NCBI GenBank assembly: GCA_963771885.1
Contig: CAVYVF010000002.1
Span: forward strand, 288,001-352,000
Source of the DNA: Candidatus Bathyarchaeota archaeon
GTDB taxonomy: Archaea > Thermoproteota > Bathyarchaeia > TCS64
Direction of reading: 5' to 3'
DNA: 64,000 nucleotides
The position numbers and the translations under genes are program-made. Positions 18,642 through 28,211 of this stretch are shown here, piece after piece. Position 1 is the stretch's first letter. Every line of letters starts with the position of its first letter. A model generated the notes under the pieces. It saw nothing but the letters and a program-made list of their open reading frames with translations. It ran no database searches and was not told the DNA's origin.

Positions 18642-19673
18642 TTAGACGGGCCCACTGTCCGCGACTACCGTGTGCTTCATAACACCTATGGGCTGTATCT
18701 CGCACTCGAGTACGTCGCCGACGTTGAGGAAGCCCTCTGGTCCCCAGCTCGCAGCTACTCCTGCGCAGGTTCCTGTGGCTATGATGTCGCCTGGGTTTAG
18801 TGTGGTTCCTCTGCTCATATAGGCGATGATGTCGGGGATCTTAATTATCATGTCCTCGACGGTGCCATTCTGGCGTGTCTTGCCGTTGACGCGGGTCACA
18901 AGTTTGAGTGGGATCTTATATGGGTCAGGTATCTCGTCAGCTGTGACGATGGTTGGCCCCATCGGGGCAGCGTTGTCCATGCCCTTTCCCTTCGTCCAGT
19001 TGATGTCGCCCTTGTAGAGGCGGAAGTCGACGTCTTGGGGGAATCCTTGGTCGCGGAAGCTGACGTCGATGAGAATGGTGTAGCCGGCGATGCATGAGTA
19101 TGCGTCCTCGGGCTTGATGTCCTTGCACTTCTTCCCAATGACGACGGCGAGCTCGTTCTCGTAGTCGAGTTGCTTCGAGACATTCGGTTTGATGATAGGC
19201 GCGCCGGTGCCGATGATGAGACTTGGCTGCTTCTGGAAGCAGTCAGCGACCTTGAGGTTGAGCGTCTTAAGGCGGGCGATCTCCTTCTTCCTCGCCTCGG
19301 GGTCCTTCGCCATACGCTCCGTGGCGTGGTCATAATAGTTGACCGCCGTGCAGTAGATCTTGCCCGGGTACTTTATGGGCGCCTGTATGCGTGCTTCGTC
19401 GCCGAGGACGAGCTTTTCCCCTTCGACGCCAACACCGCCCTTCCTCTTCGCCACCCACTTGAGGATCTTCTCGGCCTCCTTCTTCGCCTTCTCGCCTCCC
19501 TGGAGGAACCCGACCATGTCGGCGGGTATGAGTGCCGCCGCGGCGCGGGCTGGGAAGGCTTCGCCCCCCTCCTTGAGATAGGCCGTGTAGGTGGAGTTGA
19601 GGTCGACTATGCCCTCCTTTACGACTGCGCCGAGCCGTGACTCGGTGTGAACCTTGAACGTGACGAGTTTCAA
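18642..19673 (-). CDS. Fumarylacetoacetate hydrolase family protein
   Basis: KIYC...NY.DH, LDYENEL, GYTI..DVS.RD, KGK, PGDIIATGT. Confidence 0.92.
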   Translation of the reverse strand: MKLVTFKVHTESRLGAVVKEGIVDLNSTYTAYLKEGGEAFPARAAAALIPADMVGFLQGGEKAKKEAEKILKWVAKRKGGVGVEGEKLVLGDEARIQAPIKYPGKIYCTAVNYYDHATERMAKDPEARKKEIARLKTLNLKVADCFQKQPSLIIGTGAPIIKPNVSKQLDYENELAVVIGKKCKDIKPEDAYSCIAGYTILIDVSFRDQGFPQDVDFRLYKGDINWTKGKGMDNAAPMGPTIVTADEIPDPYKIPLKLVTRVNGKTRQNGTVEDMIIKIPDIIAYMSRGTTLNPGDIIATGTCAGVAASWGPEGFLNVGDVLECEIQPIGVMKHTVVADSGPV

Positions 19674-19791
19674 GTCTGGTCGCGTATCATTCGCCCGCTA
19701 GGCGTATATCACGTTTCGCAGGCGACACAGTCATGCACTGGGTTCGGGTAAGTATTATACAGGTATCACGCGGTATCATGCAGCGACAGCC

Positions 19792-20979
19792 ATGATTGAA
19801 GACGCCGTGAAGCTCATCGACGACGCCTACACCCTCCGCAAGCTGGAGGAGATGATAAGGATCAACTCCGTCGTCCGTAGTGAGGGGGAGTACGCAGAGT
19901 ACCTGAAGAACGAGTTCGAGGCACTCGGCCTCAAGACCGAGACACAGACGGTCGAGCCGGGTAGGCCGAACGTCTACGCTCGCCTAAGGGGGGACAAGCC
20001 GGGTAAGAGGCTCAACTTCAATGGCCATACGGACACCGTCCCAGTCGTCGAGGGCTGGGAGACAGACCCCTTCAAGCCAGTTCGGAGGGGGAACGACCTC
20101 GTCGGCCTCGGCAGCTGCGACATGAAGGCGGGCTTCGCCTCCATACTCACCATGATCAAGGCCTTCCAAGACTCTGGCCACAAGCTAAAGGGAGAGTTGA
20201 GCGTCAGCGCAGTCATCGACGAGGAGGCCTACGGTGAGGGCGCCAAGGCGATGCTGAAGACCGACTTCGCCAAGGTCGACGCCATCGTTCTCGCGGAGCC
20301 CTACCCCTGCGACGAATCCAAGCCCATGCCCCTTGGCATCACCGGCAAGATACTCTACGATGTACACGTCTACGGAAAGGCCGCCCACGGCTTTCGCCCT
20401 CAGCACGGGATAAACGCCGTCGAAGACGCCGCTAAGATAGTGGCGAACCTCGAAAAGCTCACCTTCCTCGACCACCCCGACTTCCACGTCGGCAACTACA
20501 GCACACTCCTATTCGAGGGCGGGTACAAGATATACAGCGTCGTCGTCCCCGCATCGGCACGCTTCGAGGTCAACCGCCTCCTCGTCCCCGGCGAAACGGC
20601 CGCCACGGCGATCGCTGACATGGAGCGCCTCGTCAAGGGCCTCAACCTGAAGAGCAGCGTCGAAGTCAAGGTCAAACCACCCAAATATGAGGCATACGTC
20701 ATGTCGAAGGACGACCCGATCATCAAGGCATTCGATCCGGTATATTGGGACGTGATGGGCAAGACGCCTATCTACCAGTACGCCTACGGGATCACCGACG
20801 CCAACACCTTCGCAGGCGTCGGAGGGATCTCTTGCCTCCACCTCGGACCGGGGCGCGGTGTCTCCGACCCAAAGAAGGGCGGAGGTACGCACGAGAAGAA
20901 CGAGTACGTCGACGTGACCTGGCTGCCAAAAATCAACAGGATGTACGTCAAGGTAGCCGACGCCTTCCTCAACAAGTGA
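19792..20979 (+). CDS. M20 (ArgE/DapE) metallopeptidase, copy 1
   Basis: GHTDTV, DMK, DEE, AEP, TDAN, C-terminal His. Confidence 0.93.
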   Translation: MIEDAVKLIDDAYTLRKLEEMIRINSVVRSEGEYAEYLKNEFEALGLKTETQTVEPGRPNVYARLRGDKPGKRLNFNGHTDTVPVVEGWETDPFKPVRRGNDLVGLGSCDMKAGFASILTMIKAFQDSGHKLKGELSVSAVIDEEAYGEGAKAMLKTDFAKVDAIVLAEPYPCDESKPMPLGITGKILYDVHVYGKAAHGFRPQHGINAVEDAAKIVANLEKLTFLDHPDFHVGNYSTLLFEGGYKIYSVVVPASARFEVNRLLVPGETAATAIADMERLVKGLNLKSSVEVKVKPPKYEAYVMSKDDPIIKAFDPVYWDVMGKTPIYQYAYGITDANTFAGVGGISCLHLGPGRGVSDPKKGGGTHEKNEYVDVTWLPKINRMYVKVADAFLNK

Positions 20980-21046
20980 CTACTTTTCCACCCCTTCTCT
21001 GGATAAACCATATAACCGGAGAGGGTAATCCAAGCAGCGACAACTG

Positions 21047-22207
21047 ATGTATGATGAGCTTCTGAGCAAGCTGGACGACCGATACACGGTCAAGAAACTG
21101 GATGAGATGATAGCTATCCCCTCAGTCGTAAAGGAGGAGAAGGAACTCGCCTACTATCTGAAGGCGGAGCTCGACAAGCTGGGGTACGAGACCGAGCTAC
21201 ATATGGTCGAGCCGGGGAGACCTAACATCTACGCCAAGCTCAAGGGCAAGAAGAAAGGGAAGCGCCTGAACTTCTGTGGCCACATGGATACCGTCCCCGT
21301 CGTTACCGGCTGGGACACCGACCCATTCAAGGCGGTGAAGAAGGGCAACCTGCTCCACGGCCTCGGCGCCAACGACATGAAGGGAGGCATAGCCTGCGCC
21401 CTCAACATGCTCCGAGCCTTTGCAGACTCGGGCCACTCCTTCAGTGGTGAGCTTAGCTTCGCCGGTGTCATCGACGAGGAGGCATATGGTGAGGGCGCCA
21501 AGGCGATGCTTAAGACAGAGTACGGCAAGGTCGACGCTGTGGTCCTCGGCGAGCCCGTCACCGGGGAGCCAGACGGGGAGATATACCTCGGCATCACGGG
21601 GAAGGTACTATACGACATCTACGTCCATGGCGTCGCGGCCCACGGCTTCAGCCCTGAGGAGGGTGTCAACGCCGTCGAGGATGCGGGAATCATACTCGCT
21701 AACCTCCACAAGCTCAAGTTCAAGAGGAACCCACGCTTCGGAACGGGCAACTACAGCACCCTAAAGATCGAAGGTGGCTACACGGTCTACAGCGTCGTCG
21801 TCCCAGCGGAGTGCCGCTTCGAGGTCAATAGGCTACTCGTTCCTGGCGAGACTGCTGACTACGCCGTCCAGGATATGCAGCGACTCGTTAAGAGCCTCGA
21901 GCTCAAGAGTCGGGTCGAAGTCAAGACGAAACCGCCGCTCTACGCGAGTTACGAGATAAAGAAGTCCACCCCCGTCGTGAAGCTCTTCACGGAGGTCTAC
22001 ACCGATGTCTTCGGAACCCCTCCCACTTATGGCTACCACAAGAGCATCACAGACGCCAACACGATCACGGGGGAAGGCGGCATCCCCTGCATACACCTCG
22101 GCCCCAAGCCCCATGGGACCCACCAGAAAAACGAATCCGTCGAACTCGACTGGCTCCCCAAGGTCAGCAGGGCGTACGCCATAATGGCGGCGAAGTTCTT
22201 AGCGTAG
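21047..22207 (+). CDS. M20 (ArgE/DapE) metallopeptidase, copy 2
   Basis: GHMDTV, DMK, DEE, GEP, TDAN, C-terminal His. Confidence 0.93.
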   Translation: MYDELLSKLDDRYTVKKLDEMIAIPSVVKEEKELAYYLKAELDKLGYETELHMVEPGRPNIYAKLKGKKKGKRLNFCGHMDTVPVVTGWDTDPFKAVKKGNLLHGLGANDMKGGIACALNMLRAFADSGHSFSGELSFAGVIDEEAYGEGAKAMLKTEYGKVDAVVLGEPVTGEPDGEIYLGITGKVLYDIYVHGVAAHGFSPEEGVNAVEDAGIILANLHKLKFKRNPRFGTGNYSTLKIEGGYTVYSVVVPAECRFEVNRLLVPGETADYAVQDMQRLVKSLELKSRVEVKTKPPLYASYEIKKSTPVVKLFTEVYTDVFGTPPTYGYHKSITDANTITGEGGIPCIHLGPKPHGTHQKNESVELDWLPKVSRAYAIMAAKFLA

Positions 22208-22247
22208 CCGCTCAGTTTATCCCCCTCTGGTGCATTTTTCCACCAAC

Positions 22248-23412
22248 ATGTACGAGGAGATCCTTCGCAGACTAGACCCCTCCTACGCACGTAAGCTCAC
22301 CGAGGAGATGATAGGCATCCCAAGCGTCACCGGCGACGAGGAAGCCATGGCGCTATACGTGAAGGAGAAGCTCGACTCATACGGCTTCGAGACCAAGTTA
22401 AACTACGTCCAGCCGAAGAGGCCCAATCTCCACGCAACCCTCAAGGGCTCGAAGCCTGGGAAGCGCCTAGACTACAATGCCCACAGCGACACAGTCCCAG
22501 CCGGCGAGGGCTGGGCGACCGACCCCTATAAGGCGGTAGTCAAGGACGGCAAAATATTCGGCCGCGGCGCCTGCGACATGAAGAGCGGCATCGCCTGCAC
22601 ACTCGAAGCTTTCCGAGCCATCGCCGACAGCGGACACGAACTCGCAGGCGAGTTGAGCGCCAGCCTCGTTGTCGACCAGGAGGCGACCGACGTCGGCGCG
22701 TGGGCGATGATGGATGACTCCCGATGGAGGAGCCTCGACGCGATAGTCCTCACCTACAGCTACTGTGGGGACGAGACGAAGCCGATACCACTCGGACTTA
22801 CGGGGAAGGTGCTCTACAACATCAAGGTAAAGGGAAAGGCGGCGCACGGCTTCCGCCCACACCTCGGTGTGAACGCTGTCGAGGACGCCGCCAAGATCGT
22901 GGCGAACCTTGATAGGCTCCAACTCAAGTTTCACAAGGAGTTCGGCAAAGGCACATATTGCACACTCAAGTTTGAAGGAGGCTATCAGATTCTATTCCGT
23001 TGTTGTCCCCGCCTCGGCGCGCTTTGAGGTCAACCGCCTCCTCGTCCCCGGCGAGACGATACAATACGCCATCGACGACATGCGCCACTTAGTAGACTCC
23101 CTAAAGCTAAAGTCCGAGGTAGAGATAGCCGTCAAGCCACCCAAGTACGAGCCCTACACCTGCACGATGGATGAGCCTATCATGAAGACGCTCGACGGCG
23201 TCTACCGCGAGGTTATGAGCAGAGCACCTCTATACGAGCACGCCTACGGCATCACCAACGCGAACATCTTCCAGGGCGAGCAGGGCATACCCTGCGTCCA
23301 CATCGGCCCCCAGCGAGGCGAGGCACACGGTGCGAACGAGTACGTCAAGCTCGAGTGGTTGCCTCCCGTAAGCAAGATGTACGCCCTGATCGCGGCTCGG
23401 TACCTCTCCTAA
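22248..23412 (+). CDS. M20 family protein, copy 3 (frameshift ~22991; altered active site)
   Basis: HSDTV and DMK present; DQE, TYS and TNAN replace DEE, AEP and TDAN; the two ORFs join at GGYQI/YSVVVP. Confidence 0.88.
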
Positions 23413-23465
23413 TCCCCCCTTGATGGGATCAACATTTATCGTGCTGGATTGGTGAGGGTTAAGGC

Positions 23466-23987
23466 ATGGGCTTCAGCGTCCTACTCGGAGTGGCGTACTT
23501 CGCCGTCGTCGCCTTCCTTCTCTGGCTCGTCTGGCCAATACTAATCGGCGCTATGTACATGCCGACGCCCCGAGGTATCGTAGAGAAGATGCTTGACCTC
23601 GCAGCAGTCGGCCCAGGCGACGTCGTCTACGACCTAGGCTCGGGCGACGGCAGGATAGTAATTTGTGCAGCCGAGAGGGGTGCCAAAGCTGTTGGCGTAG
23701 AGGCGGACCCAATAAGGGTCCTCTGGTCGAGGATAAACGCGAGTAGGAACCCCGACGGAGCGAACGTCCAAATAATATGGGGCGACTTTTTCAAGAATAG
23801 CGTCGCTGAGGCAACCGTCGTAACCGTCTACCAGGGCGAGGAAATAAACAAGAAGCTAAAGGAAAAGTTCGAGGTAGAACTTAAACCGGGTTCACGCGTC
23901 GTCTCCTTCAGCTTCAAGTTTGAGGGCTGGGAGCACGCCGAGAAACACTTAGACGCAGACGTATACCTCTACCGCATCAAGGCTTAA
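23466..23987 (+). CDS. Membrane-anchored class I SAM methyltransferase (FAM173/aKMT-like)
   Basis: N-terminal TM, GAMYMPT, YDLGSGDGR, LKPGSRVVS. Confidence 0.85.
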   Translation: MGFSVLLGVAYFAVVAFLLWLVWPILIGAMYMPTPRGIVEKMLDLAAVGPGDVVYDLGSGDGRIVICAAERGAKAVGVEADPIRVLWSRINASRNPDGANVQIIWGDFFKNSVAEATVVTVYQGEEINKKLKEKFEVELKPGSRVVSFSFKFEGWEHAEKHLDADVYLYRIKA

Positions 23988-24012
23988 TATCACATAGGGG
24001 GATTCCTCAGCC

Positions 24013-24348
24013 ATGTCAGATTCGGAGATAGTGAGCATCCGAGAGTTCAAGCGCTTACTTATACGAACGGGTACAGTGAAGGAGATAGAGCAGGTCACAG
24101 GCAGCGACAAGCTCTACAAGCTCCAGGTCGATATGGGCGACCACACCCGCCAGATCGTCACGGGCCTCGTCGAGTACTACAAGATGGACGAGATCAGAGG
24201 CAAGACAATCTGCGTCATCTGCAACCTGAAGCCCGCCAAGATATTCGGTAACGAGAGCAATGGCATGCTCCTCACCGCTGAAAAGGACGGCGCCCTCGCC
24301 CTGCTTACGACGGAGCGTCCCGTGCCCAACGGAGCAACCGTGTCCTAA
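24013..24348 (+). CDS. tRNA-binding OB-fold protein (Trbp111/CsaA/MetRS C-terminal-like)
   Basis: SDKLYKLQVD.G..RQIV.G, NLKPAKIFG.ESNGMLL. Confidence 0.92.
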   Translation: MSDSEIVSIREFKRLLIRTGTVKEIEQVTGSDKLYKLQVDMGDHTRQIVTGLVEYYKMDEIRGKTICVICNLKPAKIFGNESNGMLLTAEKDGALALLTTERPVPNGATVS

Positions 24349-24363
24349 CCGGATGGTTTACTG

Positions 24364-25065
24364 ATGAAGGTCCTAGTTACAGGGGGAGACGGCTACATAG
24401 GCTCCGAACTTGTCAAGGTCCTAGAAGCCGCAGGGCACAACGTTACGAGCTTCGACATCGCGAGCGATCCGAGGGATGACATCAGGGACGAGAAGCGGAT
24501 CGACGCCGCGGTCGTCACCAGCGATGTAGTCTATCACTTAGCTAGCCCCTGCATCGTCGCCGACAGCATTCGTGACCCATGGAAGTACTGGGACCAAATC
24601 GTCAGGGGTACCGCAAGCGTCACAAACGCATGCAGAAAACATGGTAAGAGACTCATCTTCACCAGCACACAACTCGCCAGTGACAATTTTCGTTGCACCT
24701 GCTGCAACCAGCTACAATCCCCATATGCGGCGGCGAAGAGGGAGGCCGAGAAACTCGTCGAGGTCCTACCCGACTCCATCACAGTTCGCCTCCCCAACAT
24801 AATCGACCTAGAAGGGAAAGACCCTAACGACAGCCGACTTTTCCCACGCTTCAACAAGGCGGCACGGGAGACGGGTATTGTCCGCATACGCCCCCCCGAG
24901 GACACGCCTGTTACGCTCGTTGAGGTAGGACAGTGTGCAAGAAACCTTCTCAGCTACATAGGGGAGGGTACTGGGATTCAACTGATGAGAGGCGAAACGA
25001 TGACCATCAAGCAGGTCGCCGAACGCGTCGCCGAAGCCTACGGGGCACGTGTAGAAGTAGCATGA
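24364..25065 (+). CDS. NAD-dependent epimerase/dehydratase (short form)
   Basis: VLVTGGDGYIG, YHLA, PYAAAK. Confidence 0.85.
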   Translation: MKVLVTGGDGYIGSELVKVLEAAGHNVTSFDIASDPRDDIRDEKRIDAAVVTSDVVYHLASPCIVADSIRDPWKYWDQIVRGTASVTNACRKHGKRLIFTSTQLASDNFRCTCCNQLQSPYAAAKREAEKLVEVLPDSITVRLPNIIDLEGKDPNDSRLFPRFNKAARETGIVRIRPPEDTPVTLVEVGQCARNLLSYIGEGTGIQLMRGETMTIKQVAERVAEAYGARVEVA

Positions 25066-25073
25066 TAAGTGAG

Positions 25074-25099
25074 AAAAAAGGCGAGACGCCTCTCGCCTT
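25074..25099 (-). terminator. Hairpin plus T-tract downstream of the C2H2 gene
   Basis: Minus strand AAGGCGAGA-GGCG-TCTCGCCTTTTTT. Confidence 0.6.
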
Positions 25100-25110
25100 A
25101 CACATGGGTT

Positions 25111-25278
25111 CTATTGGTGCCTGTCGTCGGTCTTCTCCCAGTTGGCACGTACGCCATCTGGGTGAGCACTCGTCTTGTGCTCGTCGAGACCTAACCTAGT
25201 CGCAAACGACTCATGACACGTCGCGCAGTTGTACTTTTTCTGCCCGACACCGATGGTTTCTCGTATTTTTGAAAACAT
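25111..25278 (-). CDS. 55-aa classical C2H2 zinc-finger microprotein
   Basis: Manual translation MFSKIRETIGVGQKKYNCATCHESFATRLGLDEHKTSAHPDGVRANWEKTDDRHQ = Y-x-C-x2-C-x3-F-x5-L-x2-H-x4-H. Confidence 0.8.
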   Translation of the reverse strand: MFSKIRETIGVGQKKYNCATCHESFATRLGLDEHKTSAHPDGVRANWEKTDDRHQ

Positions 25279-25280
25279 CA

Positions 25281-25465
25281 ATTAATAATAAACGCTTACT
25301 GCTTAATAATATTCCGAAAAAAAATGCCAAATTTTAACAATAATATGTAAAATTGGAAATAGAGACGATGCATGTTTTAATAATAATAATGCAAATATTG
25401 ATCATTTTTAACAAAATCAAATAAATTCCAAGTTCTAACAGTTATCGTTTTTATAAATTGAAGAA
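25281..25465. promoter_or_regulatory. Very AT-rich non-coding region with repeated TTAAYAA motifs
   Basis: TTAA(T/C)AA starting at 25282, 25303, 25334, 25377, 25408. Confidence 0.5.
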
Positions 25466-25569
25466 AAGGTCACGTACTCAGGCTACAGCGACGCGCGCGA
25501 CTGCATTGGCCGCTACTTCGGCCTCACTTGTCACTCGCAGTAATTGGGTAGGATATGTCGCTTTGACAA

Positions 25570-26346
25570 CTAGTCAAGCTTTAAGGCTTCGACGAGCGAC
25601 GGCAGGACCCCACCGGAAGGTGCCCTGATAACGACGTCACTGATTCTACTCAACTCGCTCTCAAATGGATTAATTTCTATTATACGCCCACCGTTCTCCT
25701 TGACTGTCAACGGTAGTGCTGCAGCTGGGTAGACGACCGCGGTCGTCCCTGCGACGATCATGCAGTCGCTCATTTCTGCCTCGTCTTGGCAAGCTGCTAG
25801 GACGTCTCTGGGAATAGGCTCACCGAACATTACGATGTCATCCTTCACGATTCCACTGCATGTAGGGCAGCGAGGTGGAAGCGTCGAGACATCGATTTCG
25901 TCCCTCGCGAATCTCGCGTTGCATTTAATGCACCTAAGCTTGAGCCGATTGCCGTGTATCTCAAACACCCTCCTGCTCCCCGCCTCGGTATGCAGGTTAT
26001 CGATGTTCTGAGTGACCAGCGATCTAAGGATGCCCAACGCCTCAAGCTCGGCGAATGCATAATGACCCGCATTTGGCTTCGCCATCAGCATAGCCTCGCC
26101 GAATGTGCTTCTCCTCGCCGGGCTCAGCATCTCCTCCCAGTACCTCTTCGGATCAGCTTCGAACCTTCTGTAGCCGTCCATTGGTGGCTCGCCTTTCTCC
26201 GTCCAAAGGCCGCCAGGTCCTCTAAATGGTCGTATGCCACTCTCTACCGATACTCCTGCCCCGGTGAGCGCAGTGACATATCGCGAGCCCTTGATAATTT
26301 GCGCCGCCTTCTTAACCGCTGACAGATTAGATTCGTCGAGTGGCAC
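25570..26346 (-). CDS. cobB: Sir2/CobB NAD-dependent protein deacylase
   Basis: TGAGVSVESGI..FRG..GLW, TQNIDNLH, HG, two CxxC, FGE, VYPAA. Confidence 0.95.
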   Translation of the reverse strand: MPLDESNLSAVKKAAQIIKGSRYVTALTGAGVSVESGIRPFRGPGGLWTEKGEPPMDGYRRFEADPKRYWEEMLSPARRSTFGEAMLMAKPNAGHYAFAELEALGILRSLVTQNIDNLHTEAGSRRVFEIHGNRLKLRCIKCNARFARDEIDVSTLPPRCPTCSGIVKDDIVMFGEPIPRDVLAACQDEAEMSDCMIVAGTTAVVYPAAALPLTVKENGGRIIEINPFESELSRISDVVIRAPSGGVLPSLVEALKLD

Positions 26347-26384
26347 ATGAAAAGACTGGGCTGTATCGAAGAAAAGGGTTGGCC

Positions 26385-27296
26385 TTACTTGGCCCGTGCC
26401 TTCAACGCCTTTGTGAGGGCAGGCAACACAGTGTAGATGTCGCCCACTATGCTGTAGTCGCTCAGCTCAAGTATGCCTGCAGCCTCGTCGCTGTTTATAC
26501 TGACGATGAGTTGGCTATCCCTTATCCCCGCAGCGTGCTGTATCGTGCCTGAGATGCCGCAGGCGATGTAGAGTCGTGGCGCGACCTTCTTGCCGCTTAT
26601 TCCGACCCACTGGTCCATCCAGCCGAGGTCAGCTGAGACTGGGCGGCTGCAACCTATCTTCGCCCTGAGTTCCGTGGCGAGCTCCTCGAGGAGTCCTAGA
26701 TCCTCCCGCTTCTTGAAGCCCCTACCAGCTGAGACGACGATCTTTGCGTTCTCCAACCCGGTGTCACCCGTCTTCTTAGGACGGGATTCAAGCACCCTCA
26801 GCTTCGATACCGGTGTAGTGATGTTTAATTCTATTATCTCGCCGCGCTTACCCTGAGTCTCGAGCTTCTGGAATGTGCGCGGAGGCACGCTCATCACAAC
26901 AGGCTTGCCGGTGATCTTTACTGATGCAACCGTCGAGCCGCCGTAAGTGAGGCGCTTTGCTACGAAACCCCCCTCAACTGGCTCCGCTTCGAGGCAGTCA
27001 CCTGAGTATCCGGCATTAAGTGCAGCTGCGACGCGTGGAGCAATTTCTCTCCCCCTCTTCGTCGAGCCGACCATAATGAGCTCGGGAGACTCATGTGCAG
27101 CAGCATCGATCAAACCAGCTCTCAAGGTATCGAAGGCCCTGTCCTTCACGAAGTAGACCTTTACTGCACCACCACTAGCGAGAGCCTCAGCCTGTGCAGC
27201 GTCAACAGCAAGCGCAACCGAGTCTCCGAATTGCGTCACCCTGCCGAGCAACTGAAGCGCGAGCTCAGTGTTCTCGGAAAATACTAGAGTTCTCAT
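26385..27296 (-). CDS. etfA: Electron transfer flavoprotein alpha subunit
   Basis: VVSAGRG, GCSRP, VGISGKKVAP.LYIACGISG.IQH. Confidence 0.95.
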   Translation of the reverse strand: MRTLVFSENTELALQLLGRVTQFGDSVALAVDAAQAEALASGGAVKVYFVKDRAFDTLRAGLIDAAAHESPELIMVGSTKRGREIAPRVAAALNAGYSGDCLEAEPVEGGFVAKRLTYGGSTVASVKITGKPVVMSVPPRTFQKLETQGKRGEIIELNITTPVSKLRVLESRPKKTGDTGLENAKIVVSAGRGFKKREDLGLLEELATELRAKIGCSRPVSADLGWMDQWVGISGKKVAPRLYIACGISGTIQHAAGIRDSQLIVSINSDEAAGILELSDYSIVGDIYTVLPALTKALKARAK

Positions 27297-28081
27297 TCCA
27301 GCGCCCCCTCGGCGACGAGTGCCTGCACGAGCTTCTCGACTGCCTCCTCGACCTTCTCCGCCTTGATCATGACTCGCTTCCTCTTCACCTCAGGCGCCTT
27401 CACGTCTGTGATCGTTACCCTCATCGACGCCCTGAGTTCCTCTGCCTTAAGCCCGAGTTCATCAAGGTTCCACTCCGTGAGAGGCTTCTTCTTCGCCTTC
27501 ATGATGTTCATTAGGCTTGGTATGCGGGGCTCGTTGATCTCCCTGACTACGGTGGCGAGGAAAGGCGGATCCGCCTCGACGAGCTCGTCTATATCCTCGA
27601 GATCCCTGACCGCCCTGTATTTACCTGCTTCGAGCTTCAACTCTTTTGCATAGGTTACCTGAGCTACGCCGAGCAGCTCTGCGACGCGGGGCCCCACCTG
27701 CGACCCCATACCGTCTAGGGAGAGTTCCCCTGAGACAACGACGTCGTATGCGCCGGCCTTGGTTATGGCTGAGGCGAGGACGCGACTAGTGGCGCAGGCG
27801 TCAAGTCCTTTCAGTTCAGGGGCATTGACGAGGTATGCGGCATCCGCCCCCATAGCGAGTGCCTCGAGGATGCAGGACTTCGTCCTCTCATCTCCAGCCG
27901 AGATGGTGACGACTTCGGCGCCGCCCGTCTCCTTAATCCTTATCGCCGCCTCCAGTGCCCTCTTATCGAGGTCGTTCAACCTTCGCTTAGCCCCATCAAC
28001 CATTGGACTCCGCGTCGAATCGTCAATCTTCACATCGTTGAGATCCGGTATGTCCTTGACTAGCACCACTATACGCGCCAC
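27293..28081 (-). CDS. etfB: Electron transfer flavoprotein beta subunit
   Basis: IVVLVK..PD, ALE.A, ALAMGAD, QVGP..AELLG, NEPR.P; GTG start 28081. Confidence 0.95.
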   Translation of the reverse strand: MARIVVLVKDIPDLNDVKIDDSTRSPMVDGAKRRLNDLDKRALEAAIRIKETGGAEVVTISAGDERTKSCILEALAMGADAAYLVNAPELKGLDACATSRVLASAITKAGAYDVVVSGELSLDGMGSQVGPRVAELLGVAQVTYAKELKLEAGKYRAVRDLEDIDELVEADPPFLATVVREINEPRIPSLMNIMKAKKKPLTEWNLDELGLKAEELRASMRVTITDVKAPEVKRKRVMIKAEKVEEAVEKLVQALVAEGALE

Positions 28082-28211
28082 GGTAATCAGCCAAGTCATC
28101 CGATGCATCATGCATTTATCCTTATCAGTCAAACGTCGAAGTCGTCTTCGACGAGCGACGAATCAGTTAGCCAAGTGTTTAAGAGAATCCTGAACGATAA
28201 AGTCACTCGAA

